Source: Syntrophorhabdaceae bacterium
Lineage (GTDB): Bacteria; Desulfobacterota; Syntrophorhabdia; Syntrophorhabdales; Syntrophorhabdaceae
NCBI GenBank assembly: GCA_963666485.2
Contig: CAXXUO010000008.1
Coordinates: 96,001-160,000 of the forward strand
Length of the DNA stretch: 64,000 nt
Direction of reading: 5' to 3'
Made by a program: the position numbers and the translations under genes. Of this stretch, positions 9,115-19,862 are shown in pieces. The notes below the pieces were generated by a model. That model worked only from the letters and a program-made list of their open reading frames with translations, was not told the origin of the DNA and did not search any database. Positions within the stretch are counted from its first letter, which is position 1; every line of letters begins with the position of its first letter.

Positions 9115-10683
9115 ATGAAACATTTGATTATAGTGTTTCTCATCGCCGGGTCGCTTCTTCTTTTCTTCACGAACATCGGGGGCCGGGATTTCTGGGCCCC
9201 GGATGAGGGTGATTTCGCCGAGATCGTGAAAGAGCTGAACGGCAATCCGGTCGTACCGCATCTCAACAACACGCCGTACGGCGAGAAACCTCCCCTGTTC
9301 TATTACACTGCCTTCGCATTTACAAAAGCCTTTCCGTTTTTTCGTGATGAAACCTCAATGCGGCTCGCCCCGGCTTTCGCCGCACTTGTCACCCTCATCG
9401 GCTTTGTTCTCGTCACGCGGCGGGCATTCGGTCTTGAACGGTCGATAGTAAGCGCCGTTATCCTGGGACTCACCCCGCTTTTTTACTGGCAGGCGCGCTA
9501 TCTCCAGGTCGACATGGTCTTTTCGGCTGCCCTCGTTCTTGCGCTTCTTGCGTTCTTCAGATTCACGGAAGATGGCAGGGCACGGTGGTATTATTTATTC
9601 TTCATTTTGCTGGCCTTCGCATTCATGGCGAAAGGTCCGCTCTCGGTCGTGCTCGCCGTTCCCGTCATCGTTCTTCACCTGTTCTCCGAAAAGAGACCGT
9701 CCGTTATACTGACCCGGCACACCGTCTTCGGCATCCTCGTATTTCTCGCCGTTGTTCTTCCCTGGTACTGCGCCGTATACCTGAAAGAGGGGTACCCGTA
9801 CCTTTACGAGAATATCCTTCGCCAGAACTTCACGAGGTTTTTCGAGGCATGGAGCCACAAAAGGCCTTTCTATTATTATTTCACGACGCTTCCTCTCGAT
9901 TTTTTTCCCTGGTCTTTATTCCTGCCGCTCGGTATATACACTGCGTTCAAGACCTGGAGGACCGACAGTAAGACCCGTTTCTTCCTGTTGTGGTTCCTCT
10001 GGTTCTTTCTGTTTTTTTCCCTGTCCTCGGGAAAGATCAGCAAGTACATGCTTCCCGCCCTGCCGGCCCTCGCCGTTATCGTTTCAGGTCCGATGCTCAC
10101 CTGGAACAGGCTTTACAACAGGATCGCATTTTCGGTTGCCGCAATTCTTTTCCTCGGCCTCGGCGTGGGCCTCTTTGCTTATGTTCCTTCCCAGTACAGG
10201 GAATTCACGCCGGAACGGATCGTTCTCGGTGCCGCGGCGGTCTGCAGTTGTATTCTCGTTCTTGCTGCCGTTACGTTTTCATCGGCCCGGAAGGCCTTTG
10301 TGGTTATCGCCCTCTTCCTCGGTCTCGCATACATGATCGGCAACATATCCATCTTCGAAAAATTCAATCGCTATAAATCCCCGAAACCCGTTGCCGAAAA
10401 ATTGAGGTCCCTTGCCGGAGACACGACACCCTGGGTATATTATGGCAGTATGCGTGGAGTGTATGTATACTATGTCGGCAGATTTGCGGTGCATATCGAC
10501 GAACACGATGTAAAAGGCCTCAGGAGCTATGCGGACCGCGACGGAGAGTTTTACCTGCTCACCCGCCAGCGCGACGCCTGTGAGGTGAAAAAGGCAGTAC
10601 CCGATGCGGCCGTAGCCTCCCGGGATACGATCGGGGACACGGAGATGGTCATTTTTCACATTACAAAAAAGGGTAAGGGATAA
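9115..10683 (+). CDS. ArnT-like glycosyltransferase (GT-C fold), copy 1
   Basis: PDEGDF, EKPPLFY, KGP, LPW, FFPWS, KYMLPALP; multi-TM. Confidence 0.88.
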   Translation: MKHLIIVFLIAGSLLLFFTNIGGRDFWAPDEGDFAEIVKELNGNPVVPHLNNTPYGEKPPLFYYTAFAFTKAFPFFRDETSMRLAPAFAALVTLIGFVLVTRRAFGLERSIVSAVILGLTPLFYWQARYLQVDMVFSAALVLALLAFFRFTEDGRARWYYLFFILLAFAFMAKGPLSVVLAVPVIVLHLFSEKRPSVILTRHTVFGILVFLAVVLPWYCAVYLKEGYPYLYENILRQNFTRFFEAWSHKRPFYYYFTTLPLDFFPWSLFLPLGIYTAFKTWRTDSKTRFFLLWFLWFFLFFSLSSGKISKYMLPALPALAVIVSGPMLTWNRLYNRIAFSVAAILFLGLGVGLFAYVPSQYREFTPERIVLGAAAVCSCILVLAAVTFSSARKAFVVIALFLGLAYMIGNISIFEKFNRYKSPKPVAEKLRSLAGDTTPWVYYGSMRGVYVYYVGRFAVHIDEHDVKGLRSYADRDGEFYLLTRQRDACEVKKAVPDAAVASRDTIGDTEMVIFHITKKGKG

Positions 10684-10684
10684 T

Positions 10685-12331
10685 TTGACGGAACCGAAAA
10701 AAAAGCTTGCCGCATATATCGGTCTGCTTCTTGTTCTTTCTTACATCTTCCTTTTTGCGGGGCTTGGCTCCTATTCCTTAAAAGAGCCGGACGAGGGACG
10801 TTACGCGGAGATCCCGCGTGAAATGGTGGAAAGCGGCGACTACACGGTGCCCCGGCTGAACGACGTCCGGTACTTCGAGAAACCTCCCCTGCTTTACTGG
10901 GCCGCCGCCCTCTCCTACAAAGTATTCGGGGTCAGCGAATGGTCCTTCAGGTTCCCGAACGCTCTTGCCGCTGCCCTGTGCGTGTTCAGCCTTTTCTTTT
11001 TCGTGCGGCGATGGACCGATGACCTGGCAGCATTTCTCGGGTCCCTCGTTCTCCTGTCGTCGTTCGGTTTTTTCGCCATGGCCCGTATCGTCACGACCGA
11101 CATGGTGCTCACGTTCTGGCTCTTCCTGTCGCTCTTAAGTTTCTACGGCTATTATCGAGAGAGGTCCGCACCCCTTCTGTGGGTATTCTATGCAGCCATG
11201 GCGCTCGCGACCCTGACGAAAGGCCCCGTCGCCCCTGTGCTCCTTTGCGCTGCCCTCTTCATTTTCCTTGTCATGGAGGGCAAACTTGCCTTTGTCAGGG
11301 AGATGAAGCTCATGCGGGGTCTCGCGCTGTACCTCCTCATAGCGGCCCCGTGGTTTGTCGTGATCTCGATCAGGGAAAAGGAATTCTTCAATTTCTTTTT
11401 CATCGACCAGCACGTGCTGAGGTTTGTCTCGACGAAGCATAAGCGCAGCGGGCCGATCTATTATTTCATTCCCGTAATTTTCGGAGGAATGCTCCCCTGG
11501 TCGCTCTATATCCCGCGCGCGTTCTCCCTCGCCTGGAAAAGGAACGAATGCCGGCTTTTCGCGATCTGGTCAGCGCTTGTGTTCATATTTTTCAGTGTGT
11601 CAGGGTCCAAGCTCCCTCCCTATATTCTCCCTGTTTTTCCGGCGCTGGCACTATTGATCGCGGTTCTTTTTTACGAGCACAGGAATTCGCCGTTTAAACG
11701 CAACTGGGAGATAATAGGGAATGTCATAGTTATGGCCGTGTTCGCGCTGGCAATTTTCCTCTACCTGAGCCCGTCTTTCATGGCATCCATTGGCGACATT
11801 ACCATGGAATCCCGGGCAATTGCCCGAAGCCTTTTCTCTTTCGCGCTTACCGTCTCGGTGAGTGCGGCGGTCTGTTGTGTTCTTTTCCTGCTGCGGCCCA
11901 TGAGGGTTCCGAAAAATACGTTCGTGATCCTGACGCTCTTCTCCTTATCCATGATCATCGCGATCGTCACGCACTCCGGGATACTCGACAGGGTAAATAC
12001 CGCGAAGGACCTGGCGCTTGCGGTGAAGGCCCAAAAGGAACAGCCTGACCTCATCGTCAATTATTCCGCGCTCGATCTTACCCTCCCCTTTTACCTGCGA
12101 AGGCCTGTCGTCATCGCGTCGTATACCGGCGAGCTTCTCATGGGTGCACAATACGAAGACTCGCGGAAATACTTCATGGATGAAAAAGAATTTCTCGATA
12201 CCCTGGGTTCCGGGAAAAAGGTCCTTTTCGTAACGAAGTACAAGAGGATCGAAAATTTGCGGAATAAATTCCCCGGCCGCATAAAGGTCCTGAAATGCCA
12301 GAACGACCGATGCCTCCTTTCAAATTACTGA
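10685..12331 (+). CDS. ArnT-like glycosyltransferase (GT-C fold), copy 2
   Basis: PDEGRYAEIPREM, RYFEKPPLLYW, TKGP, SKLPPYILP; multi-TM. Confidence 0.92.
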   Translation: MTEPKKKLAAYIGLLLVLSYIFLFAGLGSYSLKEPDEGRYAEIPREMVESGDYTVPRLNDVRYFEKPPLLYWAAALSYKVFGVSEWSFRFPNALAAALCVFSLFFFVRRWTDDLAAFLGSLVLLSSFGFFAMARIVTTDMVLTFWLFLSLLSFYGYYRERSAPLLWVFYAAMALATLTKGPVAPVLLCAALFIFLVMEGKLAFVREMKLMRGLALYLLIAAPWFVVISIREKEFFNFFFIDQHVLRFVSTKHKRSGPIYYFIPVIFGGMLPWSLYIPRAFSLAWKRNECRLFAIWSALVFIFFSVSGSKLPPYILPVFPALALLIAVLFYEHRNSPFKRNWEIIGNVIVMAVFALAIFLYLSPSFMASIGDITMESRAIARSLFSFALTVSVSAAVCCVLFLLRPMRVPKNTFVILTLFSLSMIIAIVTHSGILDRVNTAKDLALAVKAQKEQPDLIVNYSALDLTLPFYLRRPVVIASYTGELLMGAQYEDSRKYFMDEKEFLDTLGSGKKVLFVTKYKRIENLRNKFPGRIKVLKCQNDRCLLSNY

Positions 12332-13854
12332 TGAAGACAGGTCTTTGCGGTCGTCGAAAAAAGGCTTCCGTGTATGCCGTTGCCCTCTGTATATGCATCA
12401 TCTGTTTTCCCGGTATCTTTCACCTGCATACGGCATCCGGAGCGGACACGGGTCTCGCCAGCGATCTCAAAGCCATCGCCAGGGACCCGGGGATACATCC
12501 GGCAAAGATCGGGGTCGTCGTCGAATCGATGGGGACAGGGGAAAAGATCTTCGAGTTCAATCCCGACAAACCGCTGGTACCGGCGTCGAATATGAAGCTT
12601 CTCACCAGTGCTGCAGCGCTTATCGTGCTGACACCGGACTACAGGTATGAAACACGGCTCGTCACGAACGGAAGTGTTGAGGCAGGGGTACTGAGGGGGG
12701 ACCTCATTGTCGAAGGCTCGGGTGATCCCACCATCTCGGGATACTTCAACGACAACGACCCCGTATGGGTTTTCAAGGATTGGACAAAACGCCTGTCCGG
12801 TATGGGCATCAAGGAAATACGGGGCGATCTTTTCATTGACAACTCGGCATTTCCGGAAAAACCGTATGGCGACGGCTGGAATATGGACGACGTGAACCGC
12901 TGTTTCTGCGCCCCCCGGGATGCCTTCACCTTTAATAACAACTGCATTCAGCTCGAGATCGTCCCGTCGACACAGAAAGACCGGGATTTTCAATTCGTCA
13001 TGGAGCCCGTAAGCGACTACATACGGCTCGTGGACAAGCTCAATTCCCGGAAAGCTGCAGGGACAGGCACGGTCCGTCTTCATTACAAAGACGCGAGGAC
13101 GTTGCAGGTCGTTGGTTCCAGAAATCCCGGAAGTGCCGCGACGATCCACTACGTGCCCGTGCGCTATCCCGGCGAGTTCGGCGGGTTCGTTCTCAAGGAA
13201 ACACTCGCGGCCGGCGGGATCAGCGTAACAGGGAATGTACTGTGCTCGCGCAACTGCCCGAATACAGCAGATATCACGCAGCGAAAGAAGAACGGTCCGT
13301 TAAAAACGCTGGCAGTCTACCAATCCGTCAAACTCTCCGAGATAATCAAGGTCATCAACAAGCTCAGTAATAATCTCTATTCGGAAATGCTGCTTTTTAC
13401 GATCGGCAGGACGTCGGGCGCTGCGTATTCCACCGGGAAGGCGGCCTCCATCACCCTTGCGGCCCTGAACAACGCCGGGATCGCGACAGACGGCCTGGTA
13501 ATGGCCGACGGGTCAGGCCTGTCACGCTACAACCTTGTCACACCCCGGCAATTCACCCGGTTATTGCAGGTCATGGCTGCCGGCCCCTATTCCGCTCATT
13601 TCTATGAATCCCTCCCCATCATGAGCATCGACGGGACACTCAAGCGCCGCCTCAAAGGTTCACGCGCATCCGGCCTCATACGCGCCAAGACCGGCACAAT
13701 AAACGGCGTCCGCAGCCTCTCCGGCTACCTGACCACATACAACAACGAAAACCTCGTTTTCTCGATCATATCCAACGGCCACCCGTCAACCGCGGCAATA
13801 GACAGGGTGGTGGACAAGATCATTTTGAGGCTGCTGGAGTATGAAAAACCGTAA
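12331..13854 (+). CDS. dacB: D-alanyl-D-alanine carboxypeptidase/endopeptidase PBP4 (peptidase S13)
   Basis: SxxK (PASNMK), GSGDPT, SxN (SNN), DGSGLSRYN, KTG; start uncertain. Confidence 0.93.
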   Translation: MKTGLCGRRKKASVYAVALCICIICFPGIFHLHTASGADTGLASDLKAIARDPGIHPAKIGVVVESMGTGEKIFEFNPDKPLVPASNMKLLTSAAALIVLTPDYRYETRLVTNGSVEAGVLRGDLIVEGSGDPTISGYFNDNDPVWVFKDWTKRLSGMGIKEIRGDLFIDNSAFPEKPYGDGWNMDDVNRCFCAPRDAFTFNNNCIQLEIVPSTQKDRDFQFVMEPVSDYIRLVDKLNSRKAAGTGTVRLHYKDARTLQVVGSRNPGSAATIHYVPVRYPGEFGGFVLKETLAAGGISVTGNVLCSRNCPNTADITQRKKNGPLKTLAVYQSVKLSEIIKVINKLSNNLYSEMLLFTIGRTSGAAYSTGKAASITLAALNNAGIATDGLVMADGSGLSRYNLVTPRQFTRLLQVMAAGPYSAHFYESLPIMSIDGTLKRRLKGSRASGLIRAKTGTINGVRSLSGYLTTYNNENLVFSIISNGHPSTAAIDRVVDKIILRLLEYEKP

Positions 13855-13866
13855 TACATAAAAACG

Positions 13867-13997
13867 GTTCCACGTTCCATGTTCCACGTTCCACGTTAAA
13901 AAAATCCAGATCCCTAGTCTTGAGAGCCTCCACATCGGAACACGATACACGATTTGTTTTTCTTCTAACGTGGAACGTGGAACATGGAACGTGGAAC
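13867..13997. repeat. Perfect inverted pair of heptamer arrays, (GTTCCAY)x4 ... (RTGGAAC)x4
   Basis: 28-nt arms 13867-13894 and 13970-13997 are exact reverse complements, including the variant unit. Confidence 0.92.
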
Positions 13998-14005
13998 CAA
14001 AATCT

Positions 14006-14761
14006 TTATCGGACTATTCTCTTCCTCATAAAGTGAAACGGCAGCGGCGAGAGGACCATTGCCACGACAACTATCCACACGATCCCCTCCACGGCCGCGC
14101 ACGCGTGGCCTGCGGCGAGGGAACGGCAGACGTTGGTCAGGTGGTAAAGTGGAGTGAACCACGCTATTTTCGCGACGAAAGGAGGCAGGGTGTCGAGGGG
14201 GAAGAATATGCCGGAAAAAAGGAACATGGGGGACATGAAAAGAGTGTAAAAATAATTGAGCGAATCGACCCCGGGGACGAGCGCAACACATACGAGGGAT
14301 ATCTCGGCGAATATGAGGCCGCTCAGGAACAGGATGGGAATGACGATAAGGATAAGGGGTGAATCGACGAGGCGGAACGCGCTTATCGTGCCTATGATGA
14401 TCATGCCGTACAGGACGCTTTTGCTTGCACCCCACATCATCTCACCCGCTATGAGATCGTCTATGTTGACAGGGGTCGAGAGGATCGCATCGAAGGTCTT
14501 CTGGTAAAATATCCTGACGTAGGTAGCATACGTGCATTCATACACCGTCGCGAACATCGATGACGATGCGATGATCCCGGGGGCGATGAAGTTGATGTAG
14601 GGGCGTCCCTGCACCTCAGTGATGTATCCCCCGAGGCCGAGGCCGAGCGCGACAAGATAGAGGACCGGCTCGACGAAATTGAGGGCAACGCTCGAGAGAT
14701 AAAGCTTGGTATAGACGGTCAGATGTCTTTGCCACACCCGGTAGGCGCGTTTAATTTTCAA
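14006..14761 (-). CDS. ABC-2 type exporter permease (NodJ-like)
   Basis: EPVLYL, FIAPG, PMFLFSGIFFP, PLYH; multi-TM. Confidence 0.9.
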   Translation of the reverse strand: MKIKRAYRVWQRHLTVYTKLYLSSVALNFVEPVLYLVALGLGLGGYITEVQGRPYINFIAPGIIASSSMFATVYECTYATYVRIFYQKTFDAILSTPVNIDDLIAGEMMWGASKSVLYGMIIIGTISAFRLVDSPLILIVIPILFLSGLIFAEISLVCVALVPGVDSLNYFYTLFMSPMFLFSGIFFPLDTLPPFVAKIAWFTPLYHLTNVCRSLAAGHACAAVEGIVWIVVVAMVLSPLPFHFMRKRIVR

Positions 14762-15482
14762 GTTTATGCCCCGTTAGCTTAAGATAGACCGCCTCGAGGT
14801 TCCCCCCGTGCTCCTGCATCAATTCCTCAGGCGAGGCAACGATGATGATCTTGCCCCTGTCCATGATCGCCACCCGGTCGCAGAGCCTTTCGGCCTCTTC
14901 CATGTAGTGTGTCGTAAGGAGCAGGGTCTTGCCTTTCTCCTGCAGGTCTTCGAGGCGCTTCCAGACTGTCTGCCTGCTGTGCGGGTCAAGCCCCGTTGTC
15001 GGCTCGTCAAGTATGATGATCTCGGGATCGTTGACAAGAGACCTCACAAGGAGAAGGCTCCTTTTCATGCCTCCCGACAGGCTCCTGATATTCTCATTCA
15101 TTTTTTCGGTCAGCCCTACGGAATCGAGGAGCTGCCGGGCCAGCGGGGCAGACCTCTTTTTTGGTATGTCGAAATACCTGGCGTATACAACGAGGTTCTG
15201 CATGACAGAGAGATCGGGGTCGAGGCTGTCGTCCTGTGGCATGACGCCTATCCGTGATTTTATCAGGCTCGGATCTTTCATGACATCATGGCCGAGGACC
15301 GTGACGGAGCCCGCGGTCGGCGGCATGAAGCAATACAGGATACGCATGATCGTCGTCTTTCCCGCACCGTTCGGGCCGAGGAACCCGAAAAACTCTCCTT
15401 TGTTTATCACGAAATCGACGTTATCGACCGCCCGGAAATGGTCGTAATCCTTGGTCAGGTTCTTCGCCGTAATTATTTCCAT
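14751..15482 (-). CDS. ABC exporter ATP-binding protein (NodI-like)
   Basis: GPNGAGKT, LSGGM, ILDEPTTGLD, THYMEEA. Confidence 0.93.
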   Translation of the reverse strand: MEIITAKNLTKDYDHFRAVDNVDFVINKGEFFGFLGPNGAGKTTIMRILYCFMPPTAGSVTVLGHDVMKDPSLIKSRIGVMPQDDSLDPDLSVMQNLVVYARYFDIPKKRSAPLARQLLDSVGLTEKMNENIRSLSGGMKRSLLLVRSLVNDPEIIILDEPTTGLDPHSRQTVWKRLEDLQEKGKTLLLTTHYMEEAERLCDRVAIMDRGKIIIVASPEELMQEHGGNLEAVYLKLTGHKLEN

Positions 15483-15550
15483 AGAAGATAGTATAATCAC
15501 AGAACCGGAAAACAGGTCGAGGAAAATATTTGATAATACTTGTGGTGCGG

Positions 15551-15677
15551 CGTCATTCCGGCTTGCCGGAATCCAGCGTCTTTGTCTTTTATTCAGTGAT
15601 AATAAACCAGCTCATTACGCCCTCCGGAAACAGCCATAAAGACACGGGATTCCGCCGCAAAAGCCGGCGGAATGACG
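15551..15677. repeat. REP-like inverted doublet with CGTCAT ends (REPIN-like)
   Basis: CGTCATTCCGGCTTGCCGGAATCCAGCGTCTTT ... AAAGACACGGGATTCCGCCGCAAAAGCCGGCGGAATGACG. Confidence 0.8.
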
Positions 15678-15741
15678 ATCCAGGTTGAGACGGGATGGCA
15701 ACTGGAAGTTATGATACTACAAATTGCGGCCTGCGAAGGCG

Positions 15742-17310
15742 TCAGGCGTGCCGTTTATTTTTGACGGGTTTCGCGTCGGTGATCTCCGCTACCGGCAGTG
15801 TCGCGATGTCAATGAACCGCTGGCGCCAGGTGTCGTTGTCCCTCAGCAGGTCATCGACACGGGAAAAAACGTTCTCGACAAAGACCTCCCTCTCCTCCAG
15901 TTGCTTCCTGATGCCGTACCGGATCGAATTGCGTTCGTCGTTGTTCAGGTGGTTTATGACATTCTTCGTTGTCAGGATCGTCCCGTACCGGGAGAGGTTT
16001 GAAAGCCGCGAAGCATAATTGATCGTATCGCCGAGGGCCGTGAACTCGATGTTCGTCGATGAGGGCGTCGTTGTACTGAAATATTCCTGCCCCTCGTTGA
16101 TACCCATGTTGAGGTGGAGGTCGTTGAGCCATCTCTTTCGGGCCTTCCACTCGGCCGAGAAATCCGCCATCTTCTCCCGGATAGACAGCGCACAGTTTAT
16201 GGAATTCATGAGATATCCCGGGTCCTGTTTCTTCAGGAAATAATACACGACCCCGTCGCCGATCCGTTTGCCGTAAATCCCATGGTATGCCTTGAAAGAT
16301 TCTTCCAGTATCTTCCACATACTGTTTATCAGCTCGAAATACTCCTCGGGTGGAAGCTCTGCACATATCCGGACCGAATTCTGCAGGTCCGCGACAAGAA
16401 CGCTGAACGATACAAGGGTGGGCAGGCGCTGCTGGAGCAGGTCACGGACCACGGTCTCGCGGTCTGACAGGAATTCCGCGATGCCCGATTGCGCCTTTTC
16501 CGCTTTTTGATAGAGGAAAAACATTCCCTCGCGAAAGAATGTCGTGTACACCACGAATTTTTCCGCGTTGCCATTGGTCCCTTCTATATCGAGGTAATTT
16601 CTGTGTACTTTTTCCGGCAACACCCTCGGCGCACGCTCATACACGGACTCGAGATACTGTGTTTCCCTTCCGGACATCCCTGTATACATCTGGCCCAGGT
16701 GTTCCTTGTCCATCTTCATACGATAGAAACCCATATGGTATTCGACGACCCCTTCCCAATTCTTCACGAAATGATTGAATTCCCAGCTGAGGAACAGGCG
16801 AAAGACGTTCCGGAGCTCGACGTCCCTGATCGAACGGATGGATTTGCCGAAAATTGTCTTCTCCGCGTGCTCGTTCACCCACTCTATCTCAAATTCATAA
16901 TTGAGAAGGTAGGCGGGCGTCTTGATATCATCGAGTGTCAGGTTCAAGCTGTCATTCGTCATCTCAATGGGCCTCAGTCCTTTTTCAACGAGAAGTGAAT
17001 TCGCAAAGCTGCGGCGGTCAGGTCCAAGATACACGGCCGGTCCGACTTCCTGTGCAATTGCGTCCATGGCCTTACCCTTCTCTTTGAGTTTCTTGATCTC
17101 CGTTATTGTGTCTAAGACAGTTTCCGGGAAGTAGCCGATCTTTTTCGTGCCTTTCAGGTCCTTCGATGCGTTCTTCACCAGCGGCTTCGGGATGATGCCC
17201 CTTTTGATGTAATTGTTCAGGGTTGCACGTGATATCGCGGATCTCTTGAGAAGTTCCTTGCTGTCAATCCACTTGTGGCCGTTCAGTTCCCCCATGCCAA
17301 AAACCCCCAT
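15742..17310 (-). CDS. Class III adenylate/guanylate cyclase with N-terminal MerR-like HTH and a PAS-like middle region
   Basis: HTH SKELLKRSAISRATLNNYIKRGIIPKP; cyclase motifs VADLQNS, KRIGDG, MGINEG, FTALGDTINYASRL. Confidence 0.85.
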   Translation of the reverse strand: MGVFGMGELNGHKWIDSKELLKRSAISRATLNNYIKRGIIPKPLVKNASKDLKGTKKIGYFPETVLDTITEIKKLKEKGKAMDAIAQEVGPAVYLGPDRRSFANSLLVEKGLRPIEMTNDSLNLTLDDIKTPAYLLNYEFEIEWVNEHAEKTIFGKSIRSIRDVELRNVFRLFLSWEFNHFVKNWEGVVEYHMGFYRMKMDKEHLGQMYTGMSGRETQYLESVYERAPRVLPEKVHRNYLDIEGTNGNAEKFVVYTTFFREGMFFLYQKAEKAQSGIAEFLSDRETVVRDLLQQRLPTLVSFSVLVADLQNSVRICAELPPEEYFELINSMWKILEESFKAYHGIYGKRIGDGVVYYFLKKQDPGYLMNSINCALSIREKMADFSAEWKARKRWLNDLHLNMGINEGQEYFSTTTPSSTNIEFTALGDTINYASRLSNLSRYGTILTTKNVINHLNNDERNSIRYGIRKQLEEREVFVENVFSRVDDLLRDNDTWRQRFIDIATLPVAEITDAKPVKNKRHA

Positions 17311-17343
17311 TTATCCCCAGCGCTGTCGATACAATTTACATAA

Positions 17344-17390
17344 TTATACAGTCTAAATGAATTGTCAAGAAAAAAGTTATACAGTCTAAA
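17344..17390. promoter_or_regulatory. Tandem 14-bp operator-like repeats upstream of the HTH-cyclase
   Basis: TTATACAGTCTAAA at 17344-17357 and 17377-17390, flanking a minus-strand TTGACA (17363-17368). Confidence 0.6.
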
Positions 17391-17412
17391 ACTACCGTAA
17401 GACCCCAGCCGC

Positions 17413-17442
17413 CGTCATCCCGGTGCTTGACACCGGGATCCA
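17413..17442. repeat. REP-like palindrome, left arm of the doublet interrupted by IS110
   Basis: CGTCATCCCGGTGCTTGACACCGGGATCCA, exact reverse complement of 18714-18743. Confidence 0.9.
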
Positions 17443-17504
17443 GTGTCTTTGTATTTATTTCTTGGATTCGGGTGTGCACTACTTGAAGGTGTCACGATAA
17501 ATAA

Positions 17505-18680
<1,176 letters not shown>

Positions 18681-18713
18681 AGAAGAAATCAGTTGACATC
18701 GAACACAGTTGCT

Positions 18714-18743
18714 TGGATCCCGGTGTCAAGCACCGGGATGACG
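18714..18743. repeat. REP-like palindrome, right arm abutting the IS right core
   Basis: TGGATCCCGGTGTCAAGCACCGGGATGACG. Confidence 0.9.
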
Positions 18744-18809
18744 AGACTGGTAAAGGTACAGGATAAAGCAGTTTGTCATTACGCCATCAGCCTCACTCCT
18801 AACCCCTAC

Positions 18810-18835
18810 AAAAAAGGCAGGCTATGAGCCTGCCT
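18810..18835 (-). terminator. Intrinsic terminator of etfBA
   Basis: Minus strand AGGCAGGCT-cat-AGCCTGCCT followed by a T run. Confidence 0.8.
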
Positions 18836-18866
18836 CTCTTAGACACTATCAAACTTAATTACGCTT

Positions 18867-19847
18867 TCAGGATTCTTCCCGGACTCTTTTCAATTCTTCT
18901 TTCAATGCGGGGAGCACGGTGAAGACGTCGTCAACGATACCGTAATCCGCGTATTGAAATATGGGGGCGTTCGGGTCTTTATTTATGGCAACGATCACCT
19001 TCGAGGTGTCCATGCCCATGATGTGATGCAGTGCGCCGGAGATCCCGCAGCCGATATACAGTTTCGGGGAAACGGTCTTTCCGCTTTTCCCGATCTGGTC
19101 GTCATATTCTCTCCACTTGCTGTCGACAACCGTCCGGGATGCGCCGACGCGGCCTCCCATAAGATCTCCGATCTCCTCGAGCAGTGAGAAGTGCTCGGCA
19201 GCCTTCATTCCCCTGCCGCCGCAAATGATGAAGTCTGCCTCCTGGAGGTCGACCTTCTTCGATTCCGCCTTCGCAAGAGAAATGACCTTGATGCCGGGGT
19301 TTTTCTGAATGCTCGCCTTTTCTTCCACGATCTCGCCAGGCGGGCCTGCTTCATTCACGGCGAAAGAGTTTGGCCTGAACGTTGCGATCAGCATCGCGTC
19401 GGAACGGGGGGCAACCCACGAGATCACCTTGCCGCCGTAAAGAGGTTTCTTTAACTTTATCCCATCGCTTGCGAGGTCGAGTCCCACCGCATCTGAGACC
19501 ATGGCTGTCTGAAAACGTGCTGCGATCCTCGGGAAAAGGTCCTTGCCCGTCATGGACGACGTGCCGAGAACGATCGCGGGTTCATATTTTTTCAACATCT
19601 CCTCGAGAACGGAGCTCGTCAGGTCCCAGCCGTAATCGGCCAGTGCCCCGTCATCGACAACGATCGTCTTGTCGCAATAACCGCTCACAACCCCGGCCAC
19701 GTTCTTCACGTCCGATCCTATGACGACCCCCAGGAGGGAGGACGACAATTTCCCGGCGACCTGCCGGCCTGCGGACAACAATTCCAGCGACGCCTTCCTC
19801 GGCATCGCGTCTTTATATTCAACAAATACCAGAACATCCTTGCTCAT
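18867..19847 (-). CDS. etfA: Electron transfer flavoprotein alpha subunit
   Basis: GGRGM, VGASR, QIGKSGKTVSPKLYIGCGISGALHH, AINKDPNAPIF. Confidence 0.96.
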   Translation of the reverse strand: MSKDVLVFVEYKDAMPRKASLELLSAGRQVAGKLSSSLLGVVIGSDVKNVAGVVSGYCDKTIVVDDGALADYGWDLTSSVLEEMLKKYEPAIVLGTSSMTGKDLFPRIAARFQTAMVSDAVGLDLASDGIKLKKPLYGGKVISWVAPRSDAMLIATFRPNSFAVNEAGPPGEIVEEKASIQKNPGIKVISLAKAESKKVDLQEADFIICGGRGMKAAEHFSLLEEIGDLMGGRVGASRTVVDSKWREYDDQIGKSGKTVSPKLYIGCGISGALHHIMGMDTSKVIVAINKDPNAPIFQYADYGIVDDVFTVLPALKEELKRVREES

Positions 19848-19862
19848 GGTGAACCCTCCTCC

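Noticed and set aside
17461..17467. Alternative IS left end at TTTATTT-CT-TGGAT
   Set aside because: No match to the left target guide, weaker match to the right donor guide and no -10 formed; looks like a decayed REP arm.
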